Origin: Gammaproteobacteria bacterium
Lineage (GTDB): Bacteria; Pseudomonadota; Gammaproteobacteria; Steroidobacterales; Rariloculaceae
Length of the DNA: 64,000 bases
Assembly (NCBI GenBank): GCA_036563665.1
Contig: DATCLY010000093.1
Span: forward strand, 117,702-181,701
Direction of reading: 5' to 3'
Part shown: in pieces, positions 38,729 to 47,950 of the stretch
Numbering within the stretch: the first letter of the stretch is position 1
How the letters are laid out: each line of letters begins with the position of its first letter
Notes under the pieces: generated by a model
Databases searched by the model: none
Told to the model about the DNA's origin: nothing
Seen by the model: only the letters and a program-made list of their open reading frames with translations
Position numbers and translations under genes: made by a program

Positions 38729-40569
38729 GCAGCGTGGAGGTGCGCGTCCCCGATCTCGGCGACTTCGAGAACGTGGACGTCGTCGAGGTGCACGTCAAAG
38801 CGGGCGACAAGCTCGCGGCGGAGGACCCGCTCATCACGCTCGAGACGGACAAGGCCACGATGGACGTGCCGGCGCCGCAGCCCGGCACGGTGGAGTCGGT
38901 GGCCGTGTCGGTGGGCAGCAAGGTGTCCACGGGCGACCTCATCGTCACGCTGGCGGCCGAAGAGGAGGCCGCGAAGTCCAAGCCGGGCGGCGACGGCGCC
39001 GCGGGCGCAGAGGCCGGCCGCGAGGACGGCGGCATGGCGCCGGCGGCACGGTCCGAGCCGCGCGAGCCCGAGGCCCGCGAGGCGCGCGGGCCCGCGCCCG
39101 CGCCGCCGGGCGACGCCGCTGCGCGGCCGCAGGCCCGACCCAGGGCCGCGGCCGGCGGGGCCGACGCGCAGCTCGTGGTGATCGGCGCGGGCCCGGGCGG
39201 CTACACGGCCGCGTTCCGGGCGGCGGACCTGGGGCTCGAGGTGACGCTCGTCGAGCGCCACCGGCCGCTCGGCGGCGTGTGCCTGAACGTGGGCTGCATC
39301 CCCTCGAAGGCGCTGCTGCACGCGGCGCGCGTGATCGAGGAGACGCGCGAGATGCGCGAGCGTGGCCTCGACTTCGGCGAGCCGCGCATCGACCCGCGGA
39401 AGCTCGTCGCGTGGAAGAACGAGGTCGTGAAGCAGCTCACCGACGGCCTCGCCACGCTCGCCAAGCAGCGCAACGTGCGCGTCGTGCGCGGCAGCGCGCA
39501 GTTCGCGTCGCCTGACGAGCTCGAGATCGCCTCGCCCGACGGCGAGAAGCGGCGCCTGTCCTTCGAGCAGTGCATCCTCGCGGCGGGCTCCGAGGCCGCC
39601 GCGCTGCCCGGTCTGCCGCAGGACCCGCGCATCATCGACTCCACCGGCGCGCTCGAGCTGCGCGCGCTGCCGGAGCGCATGCTCGTGATCGGCGGCGGCA
39701 TCATCGGGCTCGAGATGGCGACTGTGTACGACGCGCTCGGCGTGAAGGTGTCGGTGGTCGAGCTCACGAAGACGCTGATCCCCGGCTGCGATCGCGATCT
39801 CGTGCGGCCGCTCGAGAAGCGGATCCGCGCGCGCTACGAGGCGATCATGCTCGGCACCAAGGTCACGAAGATCGAGGCGCAGCCGGAAGGCCTCGTGGTC
39901 ACCTTCGAAGGCGACGACGCCCCGGCGGAGCCGCAGCGCTACGGGCTCGTGCTCGTGGCCGTGGGCCGGCGGCCGAACGGCAAGGCGGTGGGCGCGGAGC
40001 GGGCGGGGCTCGCGCTCGACGAGCGCGGCTTCGTGCGCGTGGACAAGCAGATGCGCACCAGCGTGCCGCACATCTTCGCCATCGGCGACATCGCGGGGCC
40101 GCCGATGCTCGCGCACAAGGCCACTCACGAGGGCAAGGTGGCGGCCGAAGCGGCGGCGGGCGAGAAGAGCCACTTCGACGCCCGCGTGGTGCCGTCGGTC
40201 GCGTACACGGACCCCGAGGTGGCCTGGGTGGGCCTCACGGAGGAGGAGGCGAAGGCCAAGGGCCTCGACTACCGCAAGGGCACCTTCCCGTGGTCCGCGA
40301 GCGGCCGCAACTTGGGCCTCGGGCGCAGCGACGGCCTCACCAAGCTGCTGTTCGATGCTGGCACGGGCAGGCTGCTCGGCGCCGGCATCGTAGGCGTGAA
40401 CGCGGGCGACCTCATCGCCGAAGCGGCGCTCGCCATCGAGATGGACTGCGACGCCGAAGACATCGGCCTCACGGTCCATCCGCACCCGACGCTCTCGGAG
40501 ACCATCGCGTTCGCGGCCGAGGCGGCGGCGGGCACGATCACCGACCTGTACGTCCCGCGTCGGCGCTGA
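38725..40569 (+). CDS. lpdA: Dihydrolipoyl dehydrogenase E3 with N-terminal lipoyl domain
   Basis: An N-terminal lipoyl domain (LITLETDKATMDVP) and an Ala/Pro linker are followed by FAD motif VVIGAGPGGY, redox disulfide GGVCLNVGCIPSK and C-terminal HPHPTLSE. The GTG start overlaps the aceF stop. Confidence 0.95.
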   Translation: MSSVEVRVPDLGDFENVDVVEVHVKAGDKLAAEDPLITLETDKATMDVPAPQPGTVESVAVSVGSKVSTGDLIVTLAAEEEAAKSKPGGDGAAGAEAGREDGGMAPAARSEPREPEAREARGPAPAPPGDAAARPQARPRAAAGGADAQLVVIGAGPGGYTAAFRAADLGLEVTLVERHRPLGGVCLNVGCIPSKALLHAARVIEETREMRERGLDFGEPRIDPRKLVAWKNEVVKQLTDGLATLAKQRNVRVVRGSAQFASPDELEIASPDGEKRRLSFEQCILAAGSEAAALPGLPQDPRIIDSTGALELRALPERMLVIGGGIIGLEMATVYDALGVKVSVVELTKTLIPGCDRDLVRPLEKRIRARYEAIMLGTKVTKIEAQPEGLVVTFEGDDAPAEPQRYGLVLVAVGRRPNGKAVGAERAGLALDERGFVRVDKQMRTSVPHIFAIGDIAGPPMLAHKATHEGKVAAEAAAGEKSHFDARVVPSVAYTDPEVAWVGLTEEEAKAKGLDYRKGTFPWSASGRNLGLGRSDGLTKLLFDAGTGRLLGAGIVGVNAGDLIAEAALAIEMDCDAEDIGLTVHPHPTLSETIAFAAEAAAGTITDLYVPRRR

Positions 40570-40655
40570 GCCCGACCTCCCGCCGGCCGAGGCGCGCCCG
40601 AGGTGCGCGCCCTCTTACAATGCGGCTCCCGACCACGAACTCCCGAGGAGACGCG

Positions 40656-41234
40656 ATGCCGGTACCCAAGCTCGTGACGACCGTGGCGGCCCTGTGCGCG
40701 GCCGCATTCCTGGCGGGTCGAGTCGACCTCTTCTCGACCGCGCGCGCCCAGGCACCGGCGCTGACCGCCCTCGACTATCAGGAGATCACCCAGCTCATCA
40801 ACCGTTACGCCTACGCCATCGACACGTGCGCGAACGACGGCTACGACTACGCGAACCTGTTCACCGAGGACGGCGTGTTCATCGACCGGTTCACGGATGC
40901 GGGCTTCAGCCAGGGCGGCCGCGTGCTCGCGGCGGGGCGCGAGGCGCTGGCCGAGCTCGTGGGCGGCGGGTCGCGCGGCTGCAGGACCAAGCTGCCCTGG
41001 ACCGACTGGAGCCACCTCATGCTGAACCACGAGATCACGCCGTCGCCGGAAGGTGCGCGCGGCCGAATCTATCTCGTGCAGCTCGGCATGAACGGCCCGG
41101 GCAGCGTCACCCGCCACGGCGGCTACGAGGACGTCTACGTGAAGACGGCGGAAGGCTGGCGGATCAGGTCGCGCACGCACGTGCGCAACAGGGCCTGGCA
41201 CCATCCGCTGCTGCAGACGTCCGATCTGCACTGA
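40656..41234 (+). CDS. Secreted SnoaL-like / NTF2-fold protein
   Basis: It has a signal peptide (VTTVAALCAAAFLAG...ARAQA) and a SnoaL_4-type start (DYQEITQLINRYAYAIDTC). Confidence 0.6.
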   Translation: MPVPKLVTTVAALCAAAFLAGRVDLFSTARAQAPALTALDYQEITQLINRYAYAIDTCANDGYDYANLFTEDGVFIDRFTDAGFSQGGRVLAAGREALAELVGGGSRGCRTKLPWTDWSHLMLNHEITPSPEGARGRIYLVQLGMNGPGSVTRHGGYEDVYVKTAEGWRIRSRTHVRNRAWHHPLLQTSDLH

Positions 41235-41320
41235 GCCGGCCGGAGGAGGCGTCCGTCGCGCCGATGGCGACGGCGGCGGCGTGACCGCGTCCGCCGCGGG
41301 CCTCATACTATCGCCCCCTC

Positions 41321-43081
41321 ATGACCCCGGAAGGATCGATGACCGACCCGCGAGCCGTTCTGGCCGCCCGCCTGCGCGCCGCGCTGCAAGCCGCGTTCGG
41401 CGCGGAGCACGCGGACGCGGATCCGCTCGTGCGCCGCTCCGAGCGCGCCGACTTCCAGGCGGATCTCGCCATGGGGCTCGCGAAGGTGCTGAAGCGCGCG
41501 CCGCGGCAGGTGGCGGAGGCCGTGGTGGCCGCCGCCGAGCTCGGCGACGTCTGCGAGCGGGTGGAGATCGCGGGACCCGGCTTCATCAACCTCACGCTCT
41601 CGAGCGGCTTCCTCGAGCGCCACGCGGACGCGCTGGCGCGCGACCCGCGGCTCGGCGTGCCGCGCGCGGAGCGTCCCGAGAAGGTCGTCATCGATTATTC
41701 GGCGCCGAACGTCGCCAAGGAGATGCACGTGGGGCATCTGCGCTCGACGATCATCGGCGACGCGCTCGCGCGGATGCTCGAGCACCTGGGGCACGAGGTG
41801 GTGCGCCAGAACCACATCGGGGACTGGGGCACGCCGTTCGGCATGCTCATCGAGCACCTGATCGACGTGGGCGGCGACGCGGCCGCCACCCGATCCACGG
41901 TGGGCGAGCTCAACGCGTTCTACCAGGCCGCGCGCGCGAAGTTCGACAGCGATCCCGCGTTCGCCGAGCGCGCGCGGCGGCGCGTCGTGCTGCTGCAGGC
42001 GGGCGACGCGCACACGCTCGAGCTGTGGCGAGCGCTCGTGGACATCTCCAAGGCGCACTTCCGCGAGATCTACGCGCGGCTCGGCGTCACGCTCACGGAC
42101 GCGGACGTGCGCGGCGAGAGCTTCTACAACCCGTTCCTCCCTGAAATCGCGGCCGAGCTCGAGCGCAAGGGGCTCGCGCGCATCAACGACGGCGCGCTGT
42201 GCGTGTTCCCACCGGGCTTCGCGAACCGCGAAGGCGAGCCCCTGCCGCTCATCGTGCGCAAGCAGGACGGCGGCTACGGCTACGCCGCCACCGATCTCGC
42301 GGCGCTGCGCTACCGCACGCAGACGCTCGGCGGCACGCGGCTGCTGTACGTCGTGGGCGCGCCGCAGGCGCAGCACTTCGCCATGGTGTTCGCCGTGGCC
42401 GAACTCGCCGGGTGGCTGCGTCCGCCGGCGCGCGCCGAGCACGTGGCGTTCGGCGCCGTGCTCGGTGCCGACAAGAAGATGCTGAAGACGCGCTCGGGCG
42501 ACTCGGTGCGTCTCGCGGCGCTGCTCGACGAGGCGGTGGAGCGCGCCGGGGCGGAGCTCGCGAAGCGCGATCCGAATCTCGACCCCGAGACCCGGGCCGC
42601 GCTCGCGCCCGCGATCGGCATCGGCGCGGTGAAGTACGCGGACCTCGCGAACGACCGCATCAAGGACTACGTGTTCGACTGGGACCGCATGCTCGCCGCG
42701 GAAGGCCACACGGGCCCCTATCTGCAGTACGCGCACGCGCGCATCCGTTCGATCTTCCGCCGCGCGGCGGAGGCGGGCATCGCGGTGCCCGAGGCGCCGG
42801 CCGTGCGCATCGGGGAACCCGCCGAGCGGGCGCTGGCGCTCGAGCTGCTCGGCTTCGGCGCGGCGGTCACGGAGGCGGCCGAGTCGCTGCGGCCGCACCG
42901 GCTCTGCGGGCACCTCTATGGCGTGGCCACGGCGTTCACGGCGTTCTTCGAGACCTGCCCCGTGCTGCGCGCGCCGGACGACGCCACGCGCGCCTCGCGG
43001 CTCACGCTCTGCAGGCTCACGGCCGACGTCCTCGCGCGCGGGCTGGGCCTGCTGGGCATCGAGGCTCCGGAACGCATGTAG
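41321..43081 (+). CDS. argS: Arginyl-tRNA synthetase
   Basis: It has the class I HIGH-type motif (NVAKEMHVGHLRS) and a DALR anticodon-binding C-terminus. Confidence 0.95.
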   Translation: MTPEGSMTDPRAVLAARLRAALQAAFGAEHADADPLVRRSERADFQADLAMGLAKVLKRAPRQVAEAVVAAAELGDVCERVEIAGPGFINLTLSSGFLERHADALARDPRLGVPRAERPEKVVIDYSAPNVAKEMHVGHLRSTIIGDALARMLEHLGHEVVRQNHIGDWGTPFGMLIEHLIDVGGDAAATRSTVGELNAFYQAARAKFDSDPAFAERARRRVVLLQAGDAHTLELWRALVDISKAHFREIYARLGVTLTDADVRGESFYNPFLPEIAAELERKGLARINDGALCVFPPGFANREGEPLPLIVRKQDGGYGYAATDLAALRYRTQTLGGTRLLYVVGAPQAQHFAMVFAVAELAGWLRPPARAEHVAFGAVLGADKKMLKTRSGDSVRLAALLDEAVERAGAELAKRDPNLDPETRAALAPAIGIGAVKYADLANDRIKDYVFDWDRMLAAEGHTGPYLQYAHARIRSIFRRAAEAGIAVPEAPAVRIGEPAERALALELLGFGAAVTEAAESLRPHRLCGHLYGVATAFTAFFETCPVLRAPDDATRASRLTLCRLTADVLARGLGLLGIEAPERM

Positions 43082-43195
43082 CGCACCCAAGGTGCGCGCG
43101 GGACGGCGCTCGGAAGCCGTTGCCCGGCCGGATGGGGGATCGCGGAATCTGAGAGCTGCGTCCTGCGGCGCGGGGCGCAGCGCCGCTATGCTCCG

Positions 43196-43579
43196 GTGCA
43201 CCTGCACTCGTGGGCGACCGCGATGCGGACGAATTCATCACGGCTGCCTTACACGCTCGCGATCGTCCTCGGCACGCTGCTGTGGACGATCACGGCGGCC
43301 GTCGGCGACAGGACCGAGCCGTGGGACACGCCCGAGTACTGGACCGTGGCCTATCCGCTCGCCATCGTGCTGGCCGGCGTGCTCGGCTACTGCTTCCCGC
43401 AACGCGCCTGGCGTTGGGCCCTGGCGCTCATGTTCACGCAGATGCTCGTGATGATGCTCGGCGGCTCCGGCTTCGGCCTGCTGCCGCTCGGGCTGGTGCT
43501 GCTCGGCGTGCTGTCGCTGCCCGCCGTCGGCGTCGCGGCGCTGGCCTCCAAGGTGGGCTCGCGCAGGGCGCGGCAATGA
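43196..43579 (+). CDS. Small integral membrane protein (start may be ATG 43223)
   Basis: It has four hydrophobic segments. No family is recognised. Confidence 0.5.
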   Translation: MHLHSWATAMRTNSSRLPYTLAIVLGTLLWTITAAVGDRTEPWDTPEYWTVAYPLAIVLAGVLGYCFPQRAWRWALALMFTQMLVMMLGGSGFGLLPLGLVLLGVLSLPAVGVAALASKVGSRRARQ

Positions 43580-43580
43580 G

Positions 43581-44765
43581 TCAGAGCGGCTCGATGCGGA
43601 TCAGCGCGCCGTCCTCGTGGTCGACTAGCACGTAGAGCAGCTCGTCGGGCCCCTGGCGGATGTCGCGCATGCGGTGCCGCCAGTCGCGGAGCAGGGCCTC
43701 GCGCCTGAGCTCCTCCATGTTCTCGTTGAACAGGATGCGCTCGATGTGGCCCGTGCCGATGATCTCCCCGGTGCGCAGCGACCCCACGAACACGTCGCCC
43801 TTCCATTTCGGGAGCTTGTCGCCCGTGTAGAAGGCCATGCCCGAGACCGCGATCGACGGCGTCCAGTAGACGATCGGGTCCTCGAAGCCGGGCGCCTGGA
43901 AGCGCTGCGAATGCCAGGGGCCTTGATACGTGCGGCCCAGGCTCACGAGCGGCCAGCCGTAGTTCGCGCCCGGCTTGAGCACGTTGATCTCGTCGCCGCC
44001 GTTCGGGCCGTTCTCGTTCTGCCAGATCTGCCCCGTGCGCGGATGCACGGCGAGGCCGAGCGTGGTACGGTGGCCCAGGGTGAAGATCTCCGGCTTGTAG
44101 CCTTCGAGCCCGACGAAGGGATTGTCGGGCGGCACGCCGCCCTCGTCGGTGATGCGCAGGATCTTGCCGCCGTGCGAGCCCGGGTCCTGGGCGCCGTCGC
44201 CGTTGGTGGAGAAATAGATCGTGCCGTCGGGGCCGAACACTAGGCGCGAGCGGTCGCCGGCGCCGGGATCGGTGACGAAGACGTCCTCGGTGCCCTCGAG
44301 GCCCTTGCCGTTCCATCGGCCGCGGGCGACCGCGATGGCCGATCGATCGTCGGGCAGCGGCTTGTGATACGTGAAATACACGTAGCGGTTCTCGGCGAAA
44401 TTCGGGTGCAGCGCGAGGTCGTTGAGCCCCGACCGGCGGTTCGGCTTCACGGGCGGAATGCCCGGCGCGGGCTCGGGATCGAGCACGCCGTCGCGGATCA
44501 CCCGCAACCTGCCGTCCTTCTCCGTGACGAGGATCACGCCGTCCGGCAGGAACGCCATGCTGTAGGGATGCACGAGCCCGCGCGCGACCACCACCACGCG
44601 GATGTCCATGCCTTCCGCCGTGTCGTAGACCTTGGGCTCGGTCGGCACGGGCGGCACGGCGAGCTCCGGTGCCACGGGAATGCCGTTCTCGAACGGGACG
44701 GACTGCTGCGCGGCGGCGAGCGCGGGCAGCGAGAGCGACAGGGCGAGCGTGATGGTCGTTCTCAT
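43581..44765 (-). CDS. PQQ-dependent soluble sugar dehydrogenase (sorbosone/glucose dehydrogenase, YliI-like)
   Basis: It has a signal peptide and a beta-propeller pattern (HPYSMAFLPDG, LHPNF, GKILRI..DG..P.DNPF, GHR...GLA.HP.TG, GGDEIN....G.NYGWP). Confidence 0.85.
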   Translation of the reverse strand: MRTTITLALSLSLPALAAAQQSVPFENGIPVAPELAVPPVPTEPKVYDTAEGMDIRVVVVARGLVHPYSMAFLPDGVILVTEKDGRLRVIRDGVLDPEPAPGIPPVKPNRRSGLNDLALHPNFAENRYVYFTYHKPLPDDRSAIAVARGRWNGKGLEGTEDVFVTDPGAGDRSRLVFGPDGTIYFSTNGDGAQDPGSHGGKILRITDEGGVPPDNPFVGLEGYKPEIFTLGHRTTLGLAVHPRTGQIWQNENGPNGGDEINVLKPGANYGWPLVSLGRTYQGPWHSQRFQAPGFEDPIVYWTPSIAVSGMAFYTGDKLPKWKGDVFVGSLRTGEIIGTGHIERILFNENMEELRREALLRDWRHRMRDIRQGPDELLYVLVDHEDGALIRIEPL

Positions 44766-44862
44766 GGTTCTCTTGGCCGTGCGAAACAGGCGCTATGGTA
44801 CGGAAAACGGACCGCCGCGGGGGCGCTTTCGGGGCGCCCGAGCCGCCGCGCCCAGGCGCTCC

Positions 44863-45546
44863 TCAGCTGCGTGCTCGAGCGCGCCGCGCCGGGCGCCCCG
44901 AGCGCGCGACGTCCAGCGTCGTCTTCGCCTTGTACTCGCAGAGGTCGCGGATCACGCACTCGGGGCACTTCGGCTTGCGTGCGACGCACACGTAGCGGCC
45001 GTGCAGGATGAGCCAGTGATGCGCGTTGCGCTTGAACTCGGGCGGCGTCGTGGCGTCGAGCTTGCGCTCCACTTCCTCGGGCGTGGCGCCGGGGGCGAGG
45101 CCGGTGCGGTTCGCCACGCGGAACACGTGCGTGTCCACGGCGATGGTCGGCTCGCCGAACGCGCTGTTCAGGATCACGTTGGCCGTCTTGCGCCCTACGC
45201 CGGGCAGTGCCTGTAACGCCTCCCGGTCGCGGGGCACCTCGCCGCCGTGGCGCTCCACGAGGATGCGGCACGTCTTGATGATGTTCTTCGCCTTGGTGTT
45301 GAAGAGCCCGATGGTCTGGATGTAGCGCTTCAGGCCCTCCTCGCCGAGGGCGAGCATGGCCGCCGGCGTGGGCGCGGCCTTGAACAGCGCCGGCGTCGCC
45401 TTGTTGACCCCCGCGTCGGTGGACTGTGCGGACAGGATCACGGCCACGAGCAGCTCGAACGGCGTGCTGAAGTGCAGCTCCGTCTTGGGGTCGGGGTTCG
45501 CGGCGGCCAGACGCTCGAAGATCCGCCGGCGCTTGGCGGCGTTCAC
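44863..45546 (-). CDS. nth: Endonuclease III
   Basis: It has HhH-GPD (LPGVGRKTANV) and the [4Fe-4S] cluster loop C-x6-C-x2-C-x5-C (CVARKPKCPECVIRDLC). The GTG start overlaps the rnfE stop. Confidence 0.95.
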   Translation of the reverse strand: MNAAKRRRIFERLAAANPDPKTELHFSTPFELLVAVILSAQSTDAGVNKATPALFKAAPTPAAMLALGEEGLKRYIQTIGLFNTKAKNIIKTCRILVERHGGEVPRDREALQALPGVGRKTANVILNSAFGEPTIAVDTHVFRVANRTGLAPGATPEEVERKLDATTPPEFKRNAHHWLILHGRYVCVARKPKCPECVIRDLCEYKAKTTLDVARSGRPARRARARS

Positions 45547-46280
45547 GAAGGGCGCCCCTGCGCGGCGCGCCGCTCGCGGACGCGCGCGGTGTGCTCCTGC
45601 AGCAGGTTGCGCAGCGCGAGCAGCGCCGCGAGGCCGAAGAACGCGCCCGGCGGCAGCACGGCTACGAGCATGCCGTCGAACGGCAGGCGCACCGCCCAGT
45701 CCTCGGCGCCCGGGCCGGCCAGCATGGCGGCGCCCGAGAGCAGCGTCCCGCGCCCGAGGATCTCGCGCAGCGCGCCCAAGGTGACCAGCACGAACAGGAA
45801 GCCCGCGCCGGCTGCCAGGCCCGCCACCGCCGCCTCGTGCACGGGGCGGCGGCTCGCGACGGTTTCGGCCTGCGCGAGCAGGGCGCAATTGGTGACGATG
45901 AGCGGGATGAAGAGCCCGAGCGTCTGATGCAGGTCGTCGAAGAACGCGTTCGTGAGCAGGTCGATGCAGGTCACGAGCGACGCGATGATCAGCACGAACA
46001 GCGGGATGCGCACGGCCGGCGCGATGGAGCCCTTGAGCAGCGAGATCAACGAGTTGGTCACGAGCAGCACGGCCGCCGTGGCGAGGCCGAGCGCGAAGCC
46101 GTTCACGACCGTCGTCGTGATCGCGAGTAAGGGGCAGAGCCCGAGCATCTGCACGAGCGCGGGATTGCTCTCCCAGAGGCCCGCGAGCAGCCGTTCGCGC
46201 TCGCCGGCCTGCTCGATCGGGGCGTCAAGGGGCGCCGCCGGGGGCGGGATTCGGCTCGGTTCGGCGCTCATCGGGCTCAA
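45543..46280 (-). CDS. rnfE: Rnf/Rsx electron transport complex subunit E
   Basis: The motifs GLWESNPALVQMLGLCPLLA and LGLFIPLIVTNC are typical of RnfE. Confidence 0.9.
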   Translation of the reverse strand: MSPMSAEPSRIPPPAAPLDAPIEQAGERERLLAGLWESNPALVQMLGLCPLLAITTTVVNGFALGLATAAVLLVTNSLISLLKGSIAPAVRIPLFVLIIASLVTCIDLLTNAFFDDLHQTLGLFIPLIVTNCALLAQAETVASRRPVHEAAVAGLAAGAGFLFVLVTLGALREILGRGTLLSGAAMLAGPGAEDWAVRLPFDGMLVAVLPPGAFFGLAALLALRNLLQEHTARVRERRAAQGRPS

Positions 46281-46926
46281 CGTCTTCCGGCATGGCGGGC
46301 GGCGCGTCGCGAGCGGCGGCGAAGAGCTCGTCGCGATGCGCCGCGAAGTATAGCAGCGTGCCGTGCACGGCCTCGACGACGGCGCGGGACGTGATCGTCG
46401 CGCCCGTGATCGAATCGAACGGGCCGCCTTCCTTGTCGAGCGCCCAGAGCTCCGGCTCCGTGAGCCGCTTGCCGTCGAACTGCGTGATCCACGGCGACTT
46501 GTCGATCTCGATGGCGTCGCCCAGGCCCGGCGTCTCGCGGTGCGAGACCACCCGCACGCCCGTGACGGTGCCGTCGGCGGAGAGGCCGATCAGCAGCCGG
46601 ATCGGCGCGTTGTAGCCGTCCGGCGCGCTGCTCGCGAACACCGCCGCCACGGGCCGGCCGCCTTCGAAGGCCACGAACACGTCCGTGCCGTCGTCGCTCC
46701 CGAGGAGCTCGCGATCGCGGACGGTCAGGCGAACGGTATCGAGGTCGCGGTCGCGCAGCGCCGGGTCGAGCACGCTCGCGAGCGTGCGCACGAGCCTCGC
46801 GCGCTCGTTGGCCGCGATGCGGTCCTTGCTGAGCTCGTAGCTCGCGCTCAGGAGCAGCGCGGCGGCCACGGCGACAACCCCCACCACGAGCACCGTCCGC
46901 ACCGCGCTACCCGCGCCGGTGGCCAT
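46225..46926 (-). CDS. rnfG: Rnf/Rsx complex subunit G (FMN-binding)
   Basis: It has an N-terminal TM and the FMN-attachment region (HRETPGLGD ... DSITGATITSRAV). Confidence 0.9.
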   Translation of the reverse strand: MATGAGSAVRTVLVVGVVAVAAALLLSASYELSKDRIAANERARLVRTLASVLDPALRDRDLDTVRLTVRDRELLGSDDGTDVFVAFEGGRPVAAVFASSAPDGYNAPIRLLIGLSADGTVTGVRVVSHRETPGLGDAIEIDKSPWITQFDGKRLTEPELWALDKEGGPFDSITGATITSRAVVEAVHGTLLYFAAHRDELFAAARDAPPAMPEDVEPDERRTEPNPAPGGAP

Positions 46927-47947
46927 AGATGTGCCCTCTCGTGTACCGGTCGATCAACGGCACCGCGGCGTTCATGAGCAGGACCGCGAACGCGAAGCCG
47001 TCGGGGTAGCCGCCCCACGTGCGGATGGCGTAGGTGAGCACCCCGATCGCGGCGCCGTAGACGAGCCTACCGCGATCGGTGGTGGCCGCCGAGACGGGGT
47101 CGGTGGCGATGAAGAAGGCGCCCAGGATCGTGGCGCCGCTGAAGAGGTGGAAGCTCGCGGGCGCGAAGCGCTCCGCGTCGATGAGGTTGAAGAGCAGGGC
47201 GGGGCCCAGGAGCCCCGCGAGCACGGCCACGGGGATGTGCCAGCGGATCGTGTTCGTGTAGAGCAGATACAGGCCGCCCAGGGCGATGAAGTTGTTGATC
47301 CACTCCCAGCCCCGGCCGCCGAAGTCCCCGAACAGCGAGCTCGTGCGGATCTGGGCGAAGCTGCTTCCTCCCCGGACGCCTTCCTTCACCAGGTCGAGCG
47401 GCGTGGCGCGCGTGAGCGCATCCACCGTGAGCTCGGGCGGCAGGATGCCGCCCAGCGCGTAGTTCAGGTGCTCGGGGAAGGTCAGGTAGCGGTAGTCGAT
47501 GTCGCCCATGCGCGGCGGGAGCCACTGCGTCATCTCCACGGGAAAGGACACGAGCAGCACCACGTAGCCCACCATCGCCGGGTTGAACACGTTGCGGCCG
47601 AGCCCCCCGTAGAGATGCTTGCCGAGCACCACCGCGGCCGCGGCGCCGAGCATCGGAATCCAGATCGGCACGAGCGGCGGGATGGCGAACACGAGCAGCG
47701 CCGCAGTGACGAGCGCGCTCCCATCGCGCAGCGCGCGGCGCGTGCCGCGGCCGCGCAGCCGCAGCACGGCGGCCTCGGCGAGCAGCGCCGTCACCGCCGC
47801 CGCGGCGAAATTGATCATGAGGCCCCAGCCGAAGAACCCGCTGTGCACGACGGCGGCCGGCAGCAGCGCCACGAGAACGCGGCGCATGACCTGCGGCACG
47901 CTCACGGCCGGCGGCGCGTGCGGGGCGGGAGCCGTCTCGAATTGCAT
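46907..47947 (-). CDS. rnfD: Rnf/Rsx complex subunit D
   Basis: A polytopic membrane protein with RnfD patterns (FNPAMVGYVVLL, FFIATDPVS). Confidence 0.9.
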   Translation of the reverse strand: MQFETAPAPHAPPAVSVPQVMRRVLVALLPAAVVHSGFFGWGLMINFAAAAVTALLAEAAVLRLRGRGTRRALRDGSALVTAALLVFAIPPLVPIWIPMLGAAAAVVLGKHLYGGLGRNVFNPAMVGYVVLLVSFPVEMTQWLPPRMGDIDYRYLTFPEHLNYALGGILPPELTVDALTRATPLDLVKEGVRGGSSFAQIRTSSLFGDFGGRGWEWINNFIALGGLYLLYTNTIRWHIPVAVLAGLLGPALLFNLIDAERFAPASFHLFSGATILGAFFIATDPVSAATTDRGRLVYGAAIGVLTYAIRTWGGYPDGFAFAVLLMNAAVPLIDRYTRGHIYGHRRG

Positions 47948-47950
47948 CGG

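Noticed and set aside
43083-43099. GC-rich hairpins after argS (GCGCACC-CAA-GGTGCGC), after lpdA (~40590-40615), after nth (44821-44839) and after the PilT pair (54282-54306), considered as intrinsic terminators.
   Set aside because: The stems are real in the sequence, but none is followed by a U-tract. Similar GC palindromes arise easily in this composition. They are too weak to list as features.
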